The notes: generated from the letters alone by a model not told the origin. Shown: positions 23,901-36,949, numbered from the stretch's first letter. The stretch: 39,116 nt of DNA from Lama guanicoe (GCA_013239625.1 MU054130.1:1-39116), one strand, 5' to 3'. Numbers and translations are program-made.

Positions 23901-24215
23901 TTTAACTCTAGGATTTCTGGTTTTTTTTTTTTTTTTTTGGTGGTTGCTATTTCCTTGTCAAACTTCTTGTTTTGTTTATGCATTGTTTTCCTAATTTTGG
24001 TTAGTTGTTTGTGTTTTCTTGTAGATTACTAAACTTCTTGAAGAGAATTAATGTTGGTATTTGTGCATTTGTGTAATCAAGGTCCTTTTCCAGACTTACA
24101 CACATTAGCTTTGGGAGAGATAGTTCTTCACCTGTTAGCTCAGTTTGGGTTTCTGAGTGTGTCTGCTGGTAATGTTCTTGGGCAGGTCAGTCTTGATATT
24201 ATGGTCTGTTTCAAA
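20971..24215 (-). mobile_element. L1 (L1MA9-like) antisense: 3'UTR and ORF2 C-terminus, ORF2 endonuclease, inter-ORF spacer and ORF1; RT region missing
   Basis: ORF-track remnants: 21064-21312 MDLEGSMLSEVGQTEKD (ORF2 C-terminus), 22023-22229 DLADIYR..PTTAEYTF..SAHGTFSRIDHTLGHK (endonuclease), 23218-23412 ILYPENLSF..IKTF..TTRPSLQEML (ORF1 C-terminus). Confidence 0.92.
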
Positions 24216-24494
24216 ATACTCATCTTGATGCCCTAGTAAGTATCTTTAGAGCAGTCAAGATAAGTACACTTGCAGAGTTCTTCACAATAATGATATACTG
24301 CCAAGCCCATAAACATCTAGCATTAAGAAAATAAGTGAATACTTTGGCATATTGTACATTCATCAAAAATTAAATTTACTGATAATTTTTCATAGGAAGG
24401 AAAATGCTTGTTACGTAATATTAATTTGAAAAGTCAAAATTATAAACTGTATTAACAAGGACAACATAAAGGAATGGCACTAAAAGAGGAAGTA

Positions 24495-24727
24495 CATTTG
24501 ACCCTTGAACAACAGAGATTTGAACTGTGCAGGTCTACTTATATGTGGATTTTTTTCAGTAGTAAATACTGCAGTACTGCATGATCTGTGGTTGGTTGAG
24601 TCCACAGATGCAGAACCGAGGATATGGAGGAATTGCATACAGGAAGAGCTGACTATAGATTATTCTTGGATTTCAACTGTGCAGAGGGCCTGTGCCCCTA
24701 ACCCCTGTATTGTTCAAAGGTCAACTG
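24495..24727. mobile_element. MER8-like (Tigger2-derived) MITE, apparently full length
   Basis: TIRs CATTTGACCCTTGAACAA ... TTGTTCAAAGGTCAACTG, TA on the left flank, 233 nt. Confidence 0.88.
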
Positions 24728-26433
24728 CATAGCTAAATATTAACTGTGGTTGTCTCTGGATAGAATTATAAGTAAGATTTGTTTTCACATCCCTGTATTT
24801 TTCTCTGTTTTTCAAATGTTCTAATATGAATATCTTAATAATCAATACACCGATAAAACTAACAAATAACTTTGCAATACACATCAATTTTTAAGAGCGC
24901 AAACAACATGATACCAAAAATAGCCACAAAATTAAAAAAAAGTTTGTGTTCTGACCTAGTTGGTAAACATACCAGAGATTTTATTACAAGTTTTTGATTA
25001 TTAAGGGCCAGGAACAGCATAGAACATAGAGGTCAAAATACATTGTAGATGTTTATGCTGTTTAAGGAAATGTTTCCTGTCATTAGTTCATGCTCTTGAT
25101 TTCACTTGGTGTGAATATCAAAATCAAAGGTATTTTTAAAATTTTTTTCTAACTTTTGTGTTACTCCAGATAAATAACTGAATTTTAATGATAATGCCCT
25201 TTACATTTCACTTGTTTTCAGTTGTTGTTTTCTCCTTTATAAATTCACTGGGAAAGTTGTATATTCTCCTTGCTTTGACTATGGGTAGGGAAAGTGTAAA
25301 CTTGGTAAGAAAAAAAAGGACCATGTCTTTTGTTTGCGTGCTACAAAACTTCTCATTTTTTGGGGGAAAGAGAAGGTTTTGATGAAACACAGTCCACCAA
25401 TGAATTCTGCCATAAGTAGCAGAATCTACTAACAGTTTACGCATGCTTTTTGTGGTTGTTTATTGCATTATTCAATAAAACGTGCATACTTATTTTAACT
25501 GTAACCATATGAAGCATCTTAAAGCAACATGTACATGCAAAAGCTCTATATCTGAGAAATGTCAATAATTTTATAATAGTTGGTTACCTTACTTTTTTTC
25601 ATACAACAATAGCAGTTGAATGTGACATTTGATTATTAAAATGCTCTTTTTCAGTATAATGAAATAGGTTAAAAGTAAGATCGCATTTAGGTTAGGTTTT
25701 TAAGTAGCCTTTGTTTTCCCTGTTCCCAAAGTGTTTCTGAGTCTGGCTTCTAAGTCTGAATTGTTCATTCTGTAAGATTATAAGAACACCCTAGCATTAC
25801 TGACTTATCAATAGCACTTTTTACCATCTCCTGAAAGTACTCCTGGAATTAGAGGACTATGACTATGAACTATAAATGCGGTAACAAATGGTAGAATGAG
25901 TTTAACCAAAGACAAGAAACGGTTTTCTAGTTCGCCAGCCTAGTTTGAGTTATATTTCTAACTACCAATGCCTTCTTTTGAGCATCTCCAGAAAGAAAAT
26001 GAATTAAGGAACCCACCCCTCTCAGAAATATTCTTGAAAATGAGCCAGTTTTATAATTTGGTACAAGGAGTCCATGGATGATGGGGTGGGCAAAGACTTA
26101 ATTTTTACTTGAGTTCTAATTGTTAAGTTCAAAATTCCTGTCTCATAGTCCTCTCCCATTATTTTGCCATTTTCCCTTTCCTTTCTTTCTCAACTACTTC
26201 TCAGTTTGGTTGATGCTTAGAAGAAAATCATACCAGCACCTTTTATTTTCCTCCAAGTCATACCCTGCTTGAAGTCATAACATAGAATGATGAAAGAATG
26301 TATGATTAATGCCAGAGCTATCTATGTTATGCTTAAAAATATTTAGATTTATAAAGTAATTAAATCAAATAAATATTTAGTTACTTAAAGTTAGTGGAAG
26401 ATTTAAGAATGATTCACAAACAGCATAGGGTGG

Positions 26434-26740
26434 TATGTTAGCTCGGGTTTCCCCCGAAGCAGATCCTGATCCAGGGACTTGGGTGCAAGTAGTTCTTTAG
26501 GGAAATGATCTCAAGAAACGATAAGCAGCAAGGAGAGTGTGGCAGAGAAGGGTGCAGCCCAGCAAACTCCCATGGTGCTGGAGGAAGCCCACCTACAAGG
26601 AAGAAGAGCACGCGTTTGAGATGGGAGCTGTCAGCAGGCGGGACTGTCTTTGGCTGCTGTAGAACTCCTGTTGGTCAAGGGCACACAGGGTGGGGCGTCT
26701 GCAGCCTCTGCAACTGTTGGTGTCAGAGGGCAGGAAAGAC
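26434..26740 (-). mobile_element. LTR16-like ERVL solo LTR
   Basis: gggtttcccccgaagcagatcctga...ggacttgggtgcaagtagttctttagggaaatgatctcaagaa. The right boundary is approximate. Confidence 0.7.
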
Positions 26741-26794
26741 CCAACAGAATCATGGTTAACATAAGTGGAAGCTCGAGTTAGACTGCTCATCTTT

Positions 26795-26995
26795 CAATAC
26801 TCGTCCTGTCCTGTTCCTTGTAAGATATTAGGCAAATTGTGTGACTTCTTCGTTTCCTATTCTTTTCATCTGTAAATGGGGGGTAATAATAATCCTTACC
26901 TCTAGAATTATTGAGAGAATTAAATGAGTAAATACAGGTAGAGCCCTCAGCAGACTGCCTGGCATGTGGTGAACACTGGGTAGATATTACTTATT
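26795..26995 (+). mobile_element. MIR SINE
   Basis: ttcatctgtaaatggggggtaataataatccttacctc...gagaattaaatgag...tgcctggcatgtggt. Confidence 0.85.
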
Positions 26996-27759
26996 GCAGG
27001 GCTCTGCTGGGCAGCAGAATAGTGGGGCGGTCGTCACTTTGTTTTGAGTAACAGGATTCTGTTGGTGAAGTCTAAGGGTTCGCTCTTATTTGGCAGCCAT
27101 GTGACATGTTGACTTGCATTAAGTAACCACAAAAACACCTTAAAACAAAAAAAGTTTGGATGCTACTAAGCCTTGTTTCTCTTTGTGTATTTATTTTTTT
27201 GGACTTATATACATTTTTAATTAATTTTGCTTAAAACAAAATTGCTTTGTTTCAACCAGCTTGGTTGCTGTCTCTACCAGTTTCTTGTTATTCGCAAATC
27301 TGATCAACATGGCATCACCCAAGACCTCATTTATACTCAACAACAGAAACCACCCTTACTCCCCAAGACTGAAACTGGACTTTCTGGGTTTATGTTTACT
27401 AGCTTCCAATTCAAACAACTGTGTCATTATACAAATTGAATTTCTCCATCTTACCCACAAAGATATTTTGAATGACCTTTTTTGTAGCTTTTTTGAAATC
27501 TAGGAACATTTTGCCCACTGTATTTCCCTCAAATACCCATTTAGAATCCAATCAAAAAAAAAAAAAGAGAGAGAGATTGGCTTGGCATTAATTTCCTCTA
27601 AGAAAACCATATTGGCTACTAATTCTTACTAATTCCTTTTCTAAGTGTTGAAAAGATACTTTGAAATCCTTCATTCAGCAAGTATATATTGAGCTCCCAC
27701 TCTGCCAAGTCATTGTGAGTCCCATGGTTATTTTTCGAGATTCACCATCAAATGAACAA

Positions 27760-27890
27760 AACCCAGTTTCCTTGTATTTAAAAATGGGCAATAATCATGC
27801 ATCCTTGCAAAGTTATTACTGTGATTTAGTGAGGTACCTTGTGAAACCACCTAGCACGTGCCACAGTGGAAAAGGTGCTCAATATATCAG
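27760..27890 (+). mobile_element. MIR SINE fragment
   Basis: cagtttccttgtatttaaaaatgggcaataat...cctagcacgtgcc...ggtgctcaata. Confidence 0.7.
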
Positions 27891-28024
27891 TTTCCTTTTC
27901 CAGGTTTTGAGAGACTAAAACTAAATAACTCATAGATTCACTGATTGATCAATCCATCCATCCCTTTATCTAAATATGCATACATTCAGCCACCTTTTAT
28001 TACTCACCTCCTCATTTATTGAGA

Positions 28025-28280
28025 TATGTAGCATGGGAGGAGGGTGGGGAGAGCTTGGATTTTGGAACTATATATACTATTTACATTCTAATCCTGGCTC
28101 TGTCTCCTACTATGTGATCTTGGCAAGTCACTTAAACTTCTTTGTGCTCCAGGCTCCTCATCTATCAAATGGGAACAGTGATAGTATTTATGGTATAGGG
28201 TTGTTGTATTAAATGTGTAATCTATGTAAAGTGCTTAAACCAGTGTCTGACACATAGTATATGTCATATAAATGTCAATT
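28025..28280 (+). mobile_element. MIR SINE, near full length
   Basis: aatcctggctctgtc...tgtgatcttggcaagtcacttaaac...ctcatctatcaaatggg...gtaaagtgcttaaaccagtgtctgacacatagta. Confidence 0.9.
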
Positions 28281-29094
28281 ATCAAATGTCAGGCTTTATC
28301 TTGCTAAAAGGCTACAACAGAGAACAAGTCAGACTCACTTCCTGTCCTATAGTACCTGCAGTTAGTGGAGATCCCCATATGTTCTGTGAAGCCATGAGAT
28401 TGCTTTAATCAAATCTGCTTTTTTTTTTAAGGGTTTGAAAAATTTTGAAAAGAAAAAGAATATGATGAACATTTAGTTCTATTTATATCTTGCCAAATTG
28501 TTTTTAGAGTTCTGTTAATGTATATACATAATTAGATGTAATTATATGCACATATAATTGTGAGTTCTGTTTTTGCATTTGGTAAAGTATTTTTGTTTAT
28601 GTTGTATAAAGCATTTAGTGTGTATTGGCTATATATTTACTTTAAATTGCTCATGTACTTATCTGTTGTATAAGTATTCTGAAGTATACAAAGGTATGTT
28701 GCTATTTTCTAGGCATTTAGAGTATATAAAATGGTTTTGCTGCTGTTGAAGGCTTTGATTTAGTTATCGCTATACTAGTGGAGTCATTCGAACTGAATGA
28801 ACAGACTTGTAGTTCTTATAACTTCTTAAATTGTTTTTAAGAAAAATTTGAGTTAATTTGTAGCACCTCAGTAATGCATAACTATTAATTTTTTACCACT
28901 TCTTACATTATCTAATGATACTACAAATATTTTAACTTTTATTTCTTAAATGGTGAGTTTAATTTGTAAATTGAGTGTGTTTCCCTGTGTTGACTTACTT
29001 TCATGTTTTCCCTTTGAATGGAATATTTTCTTTGTTGATGAGTGGGCTGTGGATTGTTTAAATTATTTTACGTGCCATAGTGAGGAATAGGTAA

Positions 29095-29330
29095 AGAATG
29101 TAGGGATGTATAGCTTAGGTAAGAGACGACTTTGTAGAAGAGCAGGGCTGTTGTTTTAAAATACTGAAGGACTGTTATGGGGAAGATCATTTCATGAGGC
29201 TTCTCAGGACTCAACAAAGATCAACAGGATGAAGTTTCTAGGGGCAGATTCTAGGATGTGAACATTTGTTCTAATGTTTACAGCATTGGTTCTCACCTGG
29301 AAGGAATCTTAAAATCTCTGTCAGGGAAAG
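29095..29330 (+). mobile_element. L3/CR1 LINE fragment
   Basis: gggatgtatagcttaggtaagagacgact...ctgttgttttaaaatactgaaggactgttatggggaaga...gatgaagtttctaggggcagatt resembles the CR1 ORF2 3' end. Confidence 0.65.
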
Positions 29331-30154
29331 GAGACTAATGTGGGTGGAACCTGGGAGAAATAAGAAAGAGAAAGATTGGGAAGCTGGAATTTTTACTAAG
29401 AGATTTCTAAATGTGAAGTGAGTTGCTTCTGAAAGTACTGTCTTCCCTGGCTGAGCACGTCCTCTATTGTACACCTACCAAAGCAGGTTGGATGACCACT
29501 CTTCTGGGTTTCAAGGGCTGGAGGAAATTGCCAGTAAAATTCATTCCACTTCTGGGATCCTTTGAAATCAAAAATAACTTTTGGTATTCTATCCCCCTTT
29601 TCTTTATGCCATTCTCATATTAGTGTACTATGTACAATAACAAAATAATGTTCCCTTTCCTAAAGCTATTCATGGAAGACACCAGATGAAAAAAATGGGT
29701 AGATTTGTGAAGCAGTAGATTTTCATACTTCATTTAAAAATTTCCTTTGTTTAATGAGTTTAAATTAAATTCAGTGGAGATATATTAAAAACAGGATTAC
29801 AGGAAATGAAGGGGAAGTTGCAGGCTTGCATTTCATGGTGTGTTGCTTTCTATTATCATATATTTGGAGTTAGATTATGTTTGATATGATGCTGATGGTC
29901 TCAATGTGTATTTTAAGTGACTTTTGGGCCTAGAAGAGGTGGAGCTCATAAATCACTTGGGTGACACATTTTAATCCAGTGCAGGACTGGAAGCACATAA
30001 TGAAAAAAAAAAAGTCTGTTATTCAGAGGATAGGAGGTTATACCAGGAAAAAGAATAAAAATCGAATCATAAATAAATATTTTTTGAGCTCAAAGTGGCA
30101 CCTACCTAGCATCTATCAGGAAGCTTCTCTAATTCTCTTAAAAATAATACCCTT

Positions 30155-30330
30155 AAACTTCTTGGAAGATGGTGGTGGCAGTGGCAGCATAGTTTTTGGA
30201 TCTTCCCAAATCTCCTCATAAAAACAGAGCAACTGGTGAACAAAATGAGAAAAAACATGGAAAACATTTACAACAAAATGACAAGGAATTCTCTTGAATT
30301 CCAAGGTACAAGTGGATGGGAACAAACCAT
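30155..30330 (+). mobile_element. Possible ancient L1/HAL1 5' end fragment
   Basis: acttcttggaagatggtggtggcag start motif followed by A-rich sequence. Confidence 0.35.
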
Positions 30331-31364
30331 CAAAAGCTATATGAGAACTGACCAGTATCAGAGATGTTCATGCAGAATGCTAAAGGATAGGTCAAAATTT
30401 TTTGTATGGTAAAATTATAGTTGATTTTATTTCTTCTTCTGTGCCTGTCAAAATTAAAAATTTTTTGTACAGTAATTATATATTGCTTTACTAATAGTTC
30501 TTCACAAAGGAGATCTTGATTGAAGAGGCTTGCCTTTTTGGCATGAGCAGCCCTGGTGTGAGGTATCACTGGCCCTTAGCAGCGTGAGCAGCTTTCCGCA
30601 TCATGTGTGCAGTGGTGCTGCTTAGGCTGCAGGGACAATCATAGCAATGGTGGTCAGTCCAAACCATTAATATAGGACCCACTCTTCACTTAAAATCTGT
30701 ACAAAGCAGAATATGTTGTGGAATTGTGAGTGATCATTAGTACAGACCCAGATTATTAATGTGGTAATAATTAGTGTGAATCTTAAGGCATAGTGACTGA
30801 TCGGCTTAGTAAGTGTCCTGGTGTATTTCAGAGCATGTTGTGTGAAAAGTCCATAGTGACCCTAGCCTAGAAGTGACTGGATTTCCTGGATGGACTCTTT
30901 CACCATCATTTATGTGGCCTGTGAATTGACATGCAGACAAAGGAGAGAGGGCTAGTGAATGCTAAGGGGTTGGGGGAAAGATAACTTTAATCATAATTTA
31001 TCAGTAATATGTAGAGATAAATTCCTAAGAGGAAATAAGTTCTGAGGAAATTGCAGGAAATATTAAATCTGTGATTCTGTTTATGGTAGAAATGCCTACG
31101 AACAAATTCCAGCTGTTTCTCTGTGGGTTACAGAAGTGTCATGGGCCTGTTTATAGTTACTGCATTGTAGACTCCAGCCTGGTTCTTATGGAATCCCACT
31201 GGTTTGGTTTGGGTTTACTCAGATTTGTCCAAAGAGACATTTCCTATAGGCAATACATTTATGGAATGTAGCCCTGTACCAAATTTTTCTTTCTATAACT
31301 TCTGTTCTAGGTTCTTCCCCTTCCTGCCAACAGTTTGCCTTTCCAGAAATATTAGTGTAGCTTT

Positions 31365-31478
31365 ATTTATTTAACAGTTACATAGCACTTAACTTGTACC
31401 GTTGGACTGTTCTAAATACCTTCGAAATATTAACTCATTTAATTCCTTATGACAGGGTTATGAGCTAGATCCTATTTC
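31365..31478 (-). mobile_element. MIR fragment
   Basis: atagcacttaact...ctgttctaaatacctt...atattaactcatttaattccttatgaca. Confidence 0.7.
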
Positions 31479-32600
31479 TTAAACCAACACAAAAAGCTAA
31501 AACCTTAAAGGACAAAAATCATAATTTGTCTACATTAAAGTTAATAGTTTCCATATGAAAAAATAAATACTGGTAAGCTAAAAGACAAGCTATAGTCTAG
31601 GAGAAGAAATTTGAAATGCATATAACTGATAAAGGACTTGTAGCTAGACTATGTGGATATTCTTGTAAGTCAATAAGAAAGGAAAAATAGTTCATCTCAA
31701 AAAGGAGCAAAGGCTATGAAGAGAAAAGAAACAAAAGGAAAAATCTAATAGCCCTTAAGTTTATGAAAAGATGCTTAATTTCTCCAGTTGGGAGAAATGC
31801 AACTTAATTTAAAGTAACCATGAGATACCATTCCACCTCTGTCTGGCAAAACTTTGATCTGACAGTAAGAAAAGCTGGGGAGAATAAGGAGCAGTAGAAG
31901 CAGAAATTGACATCAACCACATTGAAGAGCAATTTGGCCAAATCTGAGGCAGCTGACAATATACCTGCTTTATGACTTTGCAATTCCACCTCTGTATGTA
32001 TACCTTAGGGAATCAATCTCACATGAATAGACAGAGAAATGTATAAGGTTCCATTGAAGCATTGTGGGCAATAGTAAGAAATTGGAAACAACGGACCATT
32101 AATAGGAGAAAAGATAAATTGTGGAATATTCACACAGGGATGTGCCTAGTGGGTAAAATGAATGAGCCAAGTCTATATGCATGGATATAGATAGATCTTG
32201 ACATTAAAATGTCCAATAAGAATAGCAAGTTGCAACGTAAAGGTTAAAAACACACAGCATGATACTTTAAATTGCTTATGAACTCATCTAAACAGTTAAA
32301 ACACATATCTAATATAAGTACAGTAACATGAGGAGAGAGGTGCACAGGGTCTTTAGGAGGGTGGTTACTTCCAAGGAGGGAAAAAAAAGGGGAATAAAGT
32401 CAAAGAGATGTTCAAAAGGGGCTTTGTCTGTTCTGTAATGTTTTATTTCTTAACGATATGAAGCAAATATACTAAGATGTTATTAACAATGTGAGTAGGG
32501 GACATAAGTATTTGTTATTTTCTTTTCTATGCTTTTCTATTCCTATACTTTTCTGCATATGTGAACTATTTCACAACAGTAGAATAAAAGATAAACTAAA
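31479..32600 (+). mobile_element. L1ME-type ORF2 3' end and 3'UTR
   Basis: aaaagacaagc...ggagaagaaatttgaaatgcatataactgataaaggactt, atgaaaagatgcttaat, gcaattccac, ending gaactatttcacaacagtagaataaaa. Confidence 0.85.
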
Positions 32601-33349
32601 AAATTTAAATACTAACTCTAGCAGGTAATACTCCAAAATTTTCTTTTAAAAATCTCTGGGAAACATTGCTATGATATTGAGATAAACTCTTCCCCAAACT
32701 TTCATGTTATATAGGCAGTATGTCTTTGCGAAGTTCTATACTCGATTCTTAACTGGCTTACAGAGTAATGCACTTTGTAATTCTCCACTGTTTTTGTTAA
32801 GTCTCTGTGACATATTTGTTTAGCTTTCTAGGTTTTCCACAAAATTATTTTGAATTTAAAAACACAGTTTTCTAGGTCTCGTCTTCTGTATATCAAGAAG
32901 GTTGTGTGTTAAGAGAGTTTTCTCCGCATTATCCTGGAGAGCCACCCTCATGGTCTGAAAGAGTAATCCATCATTGTACTTATATTTATTTGTGTAAGGG
33001 GATGGAACTAATGTGTGCAAATTTAAAAAGATTATGGGTTTGGATTTTCAGGTGTATAAACATCCAAACTTATTTTCAAAACACTGTAGTTGGCAAATCC
33101 ACAATTCTGCCATAGAGATGGTATAGCAACAAGACACGTATACCTTTCTACTTATGCATAAATATATGAAACTTGTTTTTACAAATTGATTCATATTTTC
33201 AATTATATGAAGAAATCACTGTGAATTAAAGAATACTTTATAACATTAAGTCATATGCTAATATGCTTGTAATTTACATTTGAATTTTCGTATAAAACCT
33301 CTCTGAAAAGACAACTAACTAGACTCCAGATTGGAACCCAGAATTTTTT

Positions 33350-33472
33350 TAACATTTTTTATTGAGTTATAGTCATTTTACAATGTTGTGTCAAATTCCA
33401 GTGTAGAGCACAATTTTTCAATTATACATGAACATATATATATTCATTGTCACATTTTTTTTTCGCTGTGAG
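33350..33472 (-). mobile_element. Young camelid-type L1 3' stub with 13-nt TSD
   Basis: ttttttattgagttatagtcattttacaatgttgtgtcaaattccagtgtagagcacaat, flanked by CCC(A/T)GAATTTTTT at 33337-33349 and 33473-33485. Confidence 0.88.
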
Positions 33473-34247
33473 CCCTGAATTTTTTATGTGGGAAAATGAT
33501 TTGACAGGATCCAAAGATTTAGAGTATTATCAAAGAGTCTCTGTTTATAGTTTATCCTTGAAATACTCTAATGTTCTGACCCCAAAGTGGAGAATAGTTC
33601 ATGAAACCAAAAGGAATATGGTATCATTTTTGCCCCACACTTGCCCTATTCTCTGCTCAAGGAACTTTGAAAATCCTGGAGGAAAGTGTCTTTGAGCATG
33701 TCACAAAGTCTAGCAGGAGATTAAGGTAAAGGAAACCTTTCATTTGCTCCAAGTTTCTGTCATTGACTTTTAAGTCACCAGATTTTGTCCAGGGGGCAGC
33801 TTGGGTCTTTTAGGGAAATGAAGCCTTGTCCAGATCAGGACACAGCATGAGCCCCAGCAAGCATTTTCTTTTATCTAAAACTGACAGGAATTGGACTTTA
33901 TCTTAACCATTAGCATGAGACGAAAAGACAAGATCTTTAACCTCTGTGGCTTCTCCACAAGGCATGTTGATGTTGGTACCTCTTTAAACTGTTTAAATGG
34001 TCCTGATTGTTACCCTGGTAAAATATGTCTGTTTTATTACTCCGTGCCTAGTTTGAAATCTCTGTATTGTCTCTCCCTCTTATGGGATCTCTAAATGCAA
34101 TGAAGACTGGAATTACTGACAGTGGTGTCATCACCAATCCCCTAGAGGCTTCAGTGCACTGTTATTTTGTAGAGAAAGAAAGAAAGAAGCAATAACAAAC
34201 TTTGTAACATGTAAATATATTTTAGAAATCCCAGAGGCTTAGACTTC

Positions 34248-34322
34248 AGTTTTTAAAATTGAGATGTAATTGATATGTAACATTGTATTGATTTTAGGTG
34301 TGATTATTTGATATGTGTATGG
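34248..34322 (-). mobile_element. Short L1 3' stub with TSD
   Basis: attgagatgtaattgatatgtaacattgtatt, flanked by TTAGACTTC at 34239-34247 and 34323-34331. Confidence 0.7.
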
Positions 34323-34477
34323 TTAGACTTCTATAATCACAAAATATCTGAGATATGATCAGCAAAAAATAGGAGTTGCTGTATACATTGTTAAAGTTAC
34401 TTCTTTGAATTTGCAATTATAGATGTATTTTATTACTGTTCTCATTTTTATTATGTGACCTTACTACGAAGTAAATA

Positions 34478-34645
34478 CCATTCTGAGTACTTACTATGTG
34501 CTAGGTGATGTGGTAAGCAATTTACAACTAATTTTAATTTCCTTATAACAGATGGGAAGATTGGAGCGCAGAGAGATTAAACAATTTACCCAAGGTCACA
34601 AAGCTAAGTGAGTTTAGGAGTTTAGGGTAAAAGCAGGTTTGTATT
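34478..34645 (-). mobile_element. MIR SINE
   Basis: ctgagtacttactatgtgctagg...acagatgggaagattggagcgcagagagattaaacaatttacccaaggtcacaaagcta. Confidence 0.8.
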
Positions 34646-35140
34646 TTTAATAAATTCTACTTATTGGCTTATTTGTTGACTATCTTTTATAATTGGCAGC
34701 AGTATACGTACAGTGAGATGAGCTCTGAGCCTGAGATGCAAGGACTTGAGTGTGAGTCCCAATAATGCTTCAGTTTTTTCCTCTTCAAAATAAGAACACT
34801 TTGTCCTTTCTCACAATTCTTGAAAGGATCAGATTGAAAAATGATGGCCAATGTTATGAGACATTATGGGACCATAGGGTTCATCAATGGTCAGCAGAAA
34901 GGAAATTATGAATGGTTGGAGCCCAGGCAGCTCACCCAGTACAGTTAACCTCACTCTGCCCGTACTTCTGTGGGCAAAGAGTAGCTGAGTTGCCAATGGC
35001 CTACGGGGTGGCACTGTGTGCTAGATCTGATTGCACTGATGCTGACATCTAGTGAGTTTACCTTACTGAAGGAGCATAGGCAAAGACCAGTTCAAGATCC
35101 CATCAGCTTCAGCTTTGAGCCTTCTGATCCATATATTTCT

Positions 35141-35245
35141 TTTTTTATGTTTCTTTTTTTATTGAAGTACAGTCAATTACAATGTGTCAGTACAGCACAA
35201 CGTCCCAGTCATGCATATACATACATATCTTCGTTTTCATATTTT
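35141..35245 (-). mobile_element. Young L1 3' stub with 16-nt TSD
   Basis: ttttttattgaagtacagtcaattacaatgtgtc...agtcatgcatatacatacatat, flanked by TGATCCATA(TA/CG)TTTCT at 35125-35140 and 35246-35261. Confidence 0.85.
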
Positions 35246-35554
35246 TGATCCATACGTTTCTACTCCTTTATGCCCTAGTTTGCTCAATCATGAGGATCAT
35301 AAAACTCAACCCAGGGGATTTCAAGGACCAGAAACAATATGCGCAAAGTATTTCTTGTGCAAAGCCTGGTACTTAAAAGGCTCTCAGCATTTTGTTTGCT
35401 ACAGTTAACAGTAGCACTGAGATGCTGTACTGCCTTTTTAAGCCCTTTGTGCGCCTGGTCATCAGCAGCCCATCACTCACAGAGCTTTGTCTGATCTGCT
35501 CTCCTGGACCCTGCTGCCCAGGGTCAAGCAGTAGAAAGTGGTGGTCATCTCTGA

Positions 35555-35760
35555 CCATGAGCTCTGGACTCAGGATAGACTTCCAACTTGAATATTGATA
35601 TATGTTAAAAAGGTTACTTAAACTCTCTAAACCTTGATTTACTCATCTTAAAAAATGAGCATAATGATGGTACCTAACTCATAAGATTAAATGAAGTAAT
35701 GTGTGTAAACTGCTTAGCACAGAGCCTTGCACTTGGTAAATGTTTAAGAAATGTTTGCTT
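35555..35760 (+). mobile_element. MIR SINE
   Basis: gagctctggactcag...gttacttaaactctctaaacctt...ctcatcttaaaaaatgag...gattaaatgaagtaatgtgtgtaaactgcttagcacag. Confidence 0.85.
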
Positions 35761-36269
35761 TGATTTGAAAAACTGTGAATGCCTATTAATTGATATTTTT
35801 ATTAAGGTCACATAGCTAGGAGGTGCCGGGGCTGTGACTCAAACCCTAATGTATCCACATCTCATGCCTTTTCCATTGTAGCACACTTCCTTTGTGTGAA
35901 TACTTCCAGTAACGGAACTGCCAGTATGTTCCCTATTACTAGAAATATTTTCAATATACATAATATGATGATTTTGTAGGATCATAGAAAACAATAGATG
36001 ATTTTTAAGGTCTTTTGAATTCCTGAGATCTTATGATTCTCTGGAGAACATAGGAAGCCCCTAAATTGAAACATTCTGTCTTTTTAAGCATTTGTTCATA
36101 AATAGGTTTTTAGGAACATGAAATCTATTTTCCATAAGACATGCTTATCTAACAGAATTGAGAGACCAGTGCAGAAGGAGAAGGAAGAAGATGTGGTGTG
36201 ATATTACCTTTAAAGCTGAGAGCCTCAAATTGTCTTCCTTCTCCCAACCTCGGTATCTAAATAAACCTA

Positions 36270-36917
36270 GTCGCAGCAAGGTTTTAGGAGAAGATAATCC
36301 ACCCCACTAATTCAAGCTAATGTGACTGAGATGTAGCTGAGGGTCGTCTTCAGTGAGCCGCTGATAAATGGTGTTGTGACCTGTCTTCACTAGTCAGGCC
36401 TGCTTTGATTGTTTTTATAAAAGTTTGCCTGTCCTCCGAGTATCACGTCGCCTAGGCGATAAGATGTGTACTCATTATTTTTTAGGAACTTGGAGTCAGC
36501 TGTGTCCAGTTTGAGCACGAGATGACTAAGACTGGTTAAGCTCTCCGACCCTCCATCTGGACATGCACGAGTGTCCTCACCATGACTTTTAGATGTCAGA
36601 GGCTCAGAAACCCCACCCTCAGAGCATACTAATGCTGCTGTTTTCTGAGCATGTGTCCCATGAAGAAGCCTGTGGCTTGGCTGCATCTGTGTAGAGTGAC
36701 AATGGCCTCACCTTTTTCTTATATCTAATTACCTTTCTCTGTGCTCCCACGCCTCAGTTTTTATCCCATTAATATCTCTAGCCCCTTACCACTAAGGAGG
36801 TTGATTTGAGACTTTTCCTCCTGTTTCCTGACTTAGCTGCCTCAAAATGAACCCTTTCTCTGCTGCAAACCTCGTGGTCTCAGCGTTTGGCTTGCTGGGC
36901 ACCAGGCAAATGAACAA
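36270..36917 (+). mobile_element. ERV1-type (MER4-group-like) solo LTR
   Basis: tcagaggctcagaaaccccaccctcagagcatactaatgc and U5-like aaccctttctctgctgcaaacctcgtggtctcagcgtttggcttgctg...gcaaatgaac. The 5' boundary is uncertain. Confidence 0.7.
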
Positions 36918-36949
36918 GACCCTCTTATTCTTCCCAAATAGCCATATAT

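Noticed and set aside
28415..28470. Possible next SUGCT exon (poly-T, AG, then GGTTTGAAAAA)
   Set aside because: Hits a stop immediately in the spliced frame (G GTT TGA) and after F-E-K-F in the other frame. There is no GVPYGPIN similarity.
30540..30870. Possible hAT-type terminal sequence (…catagtgaccctag)
   Set aside because: No matching opposite TIR was found, and the similarity is too weak to call.
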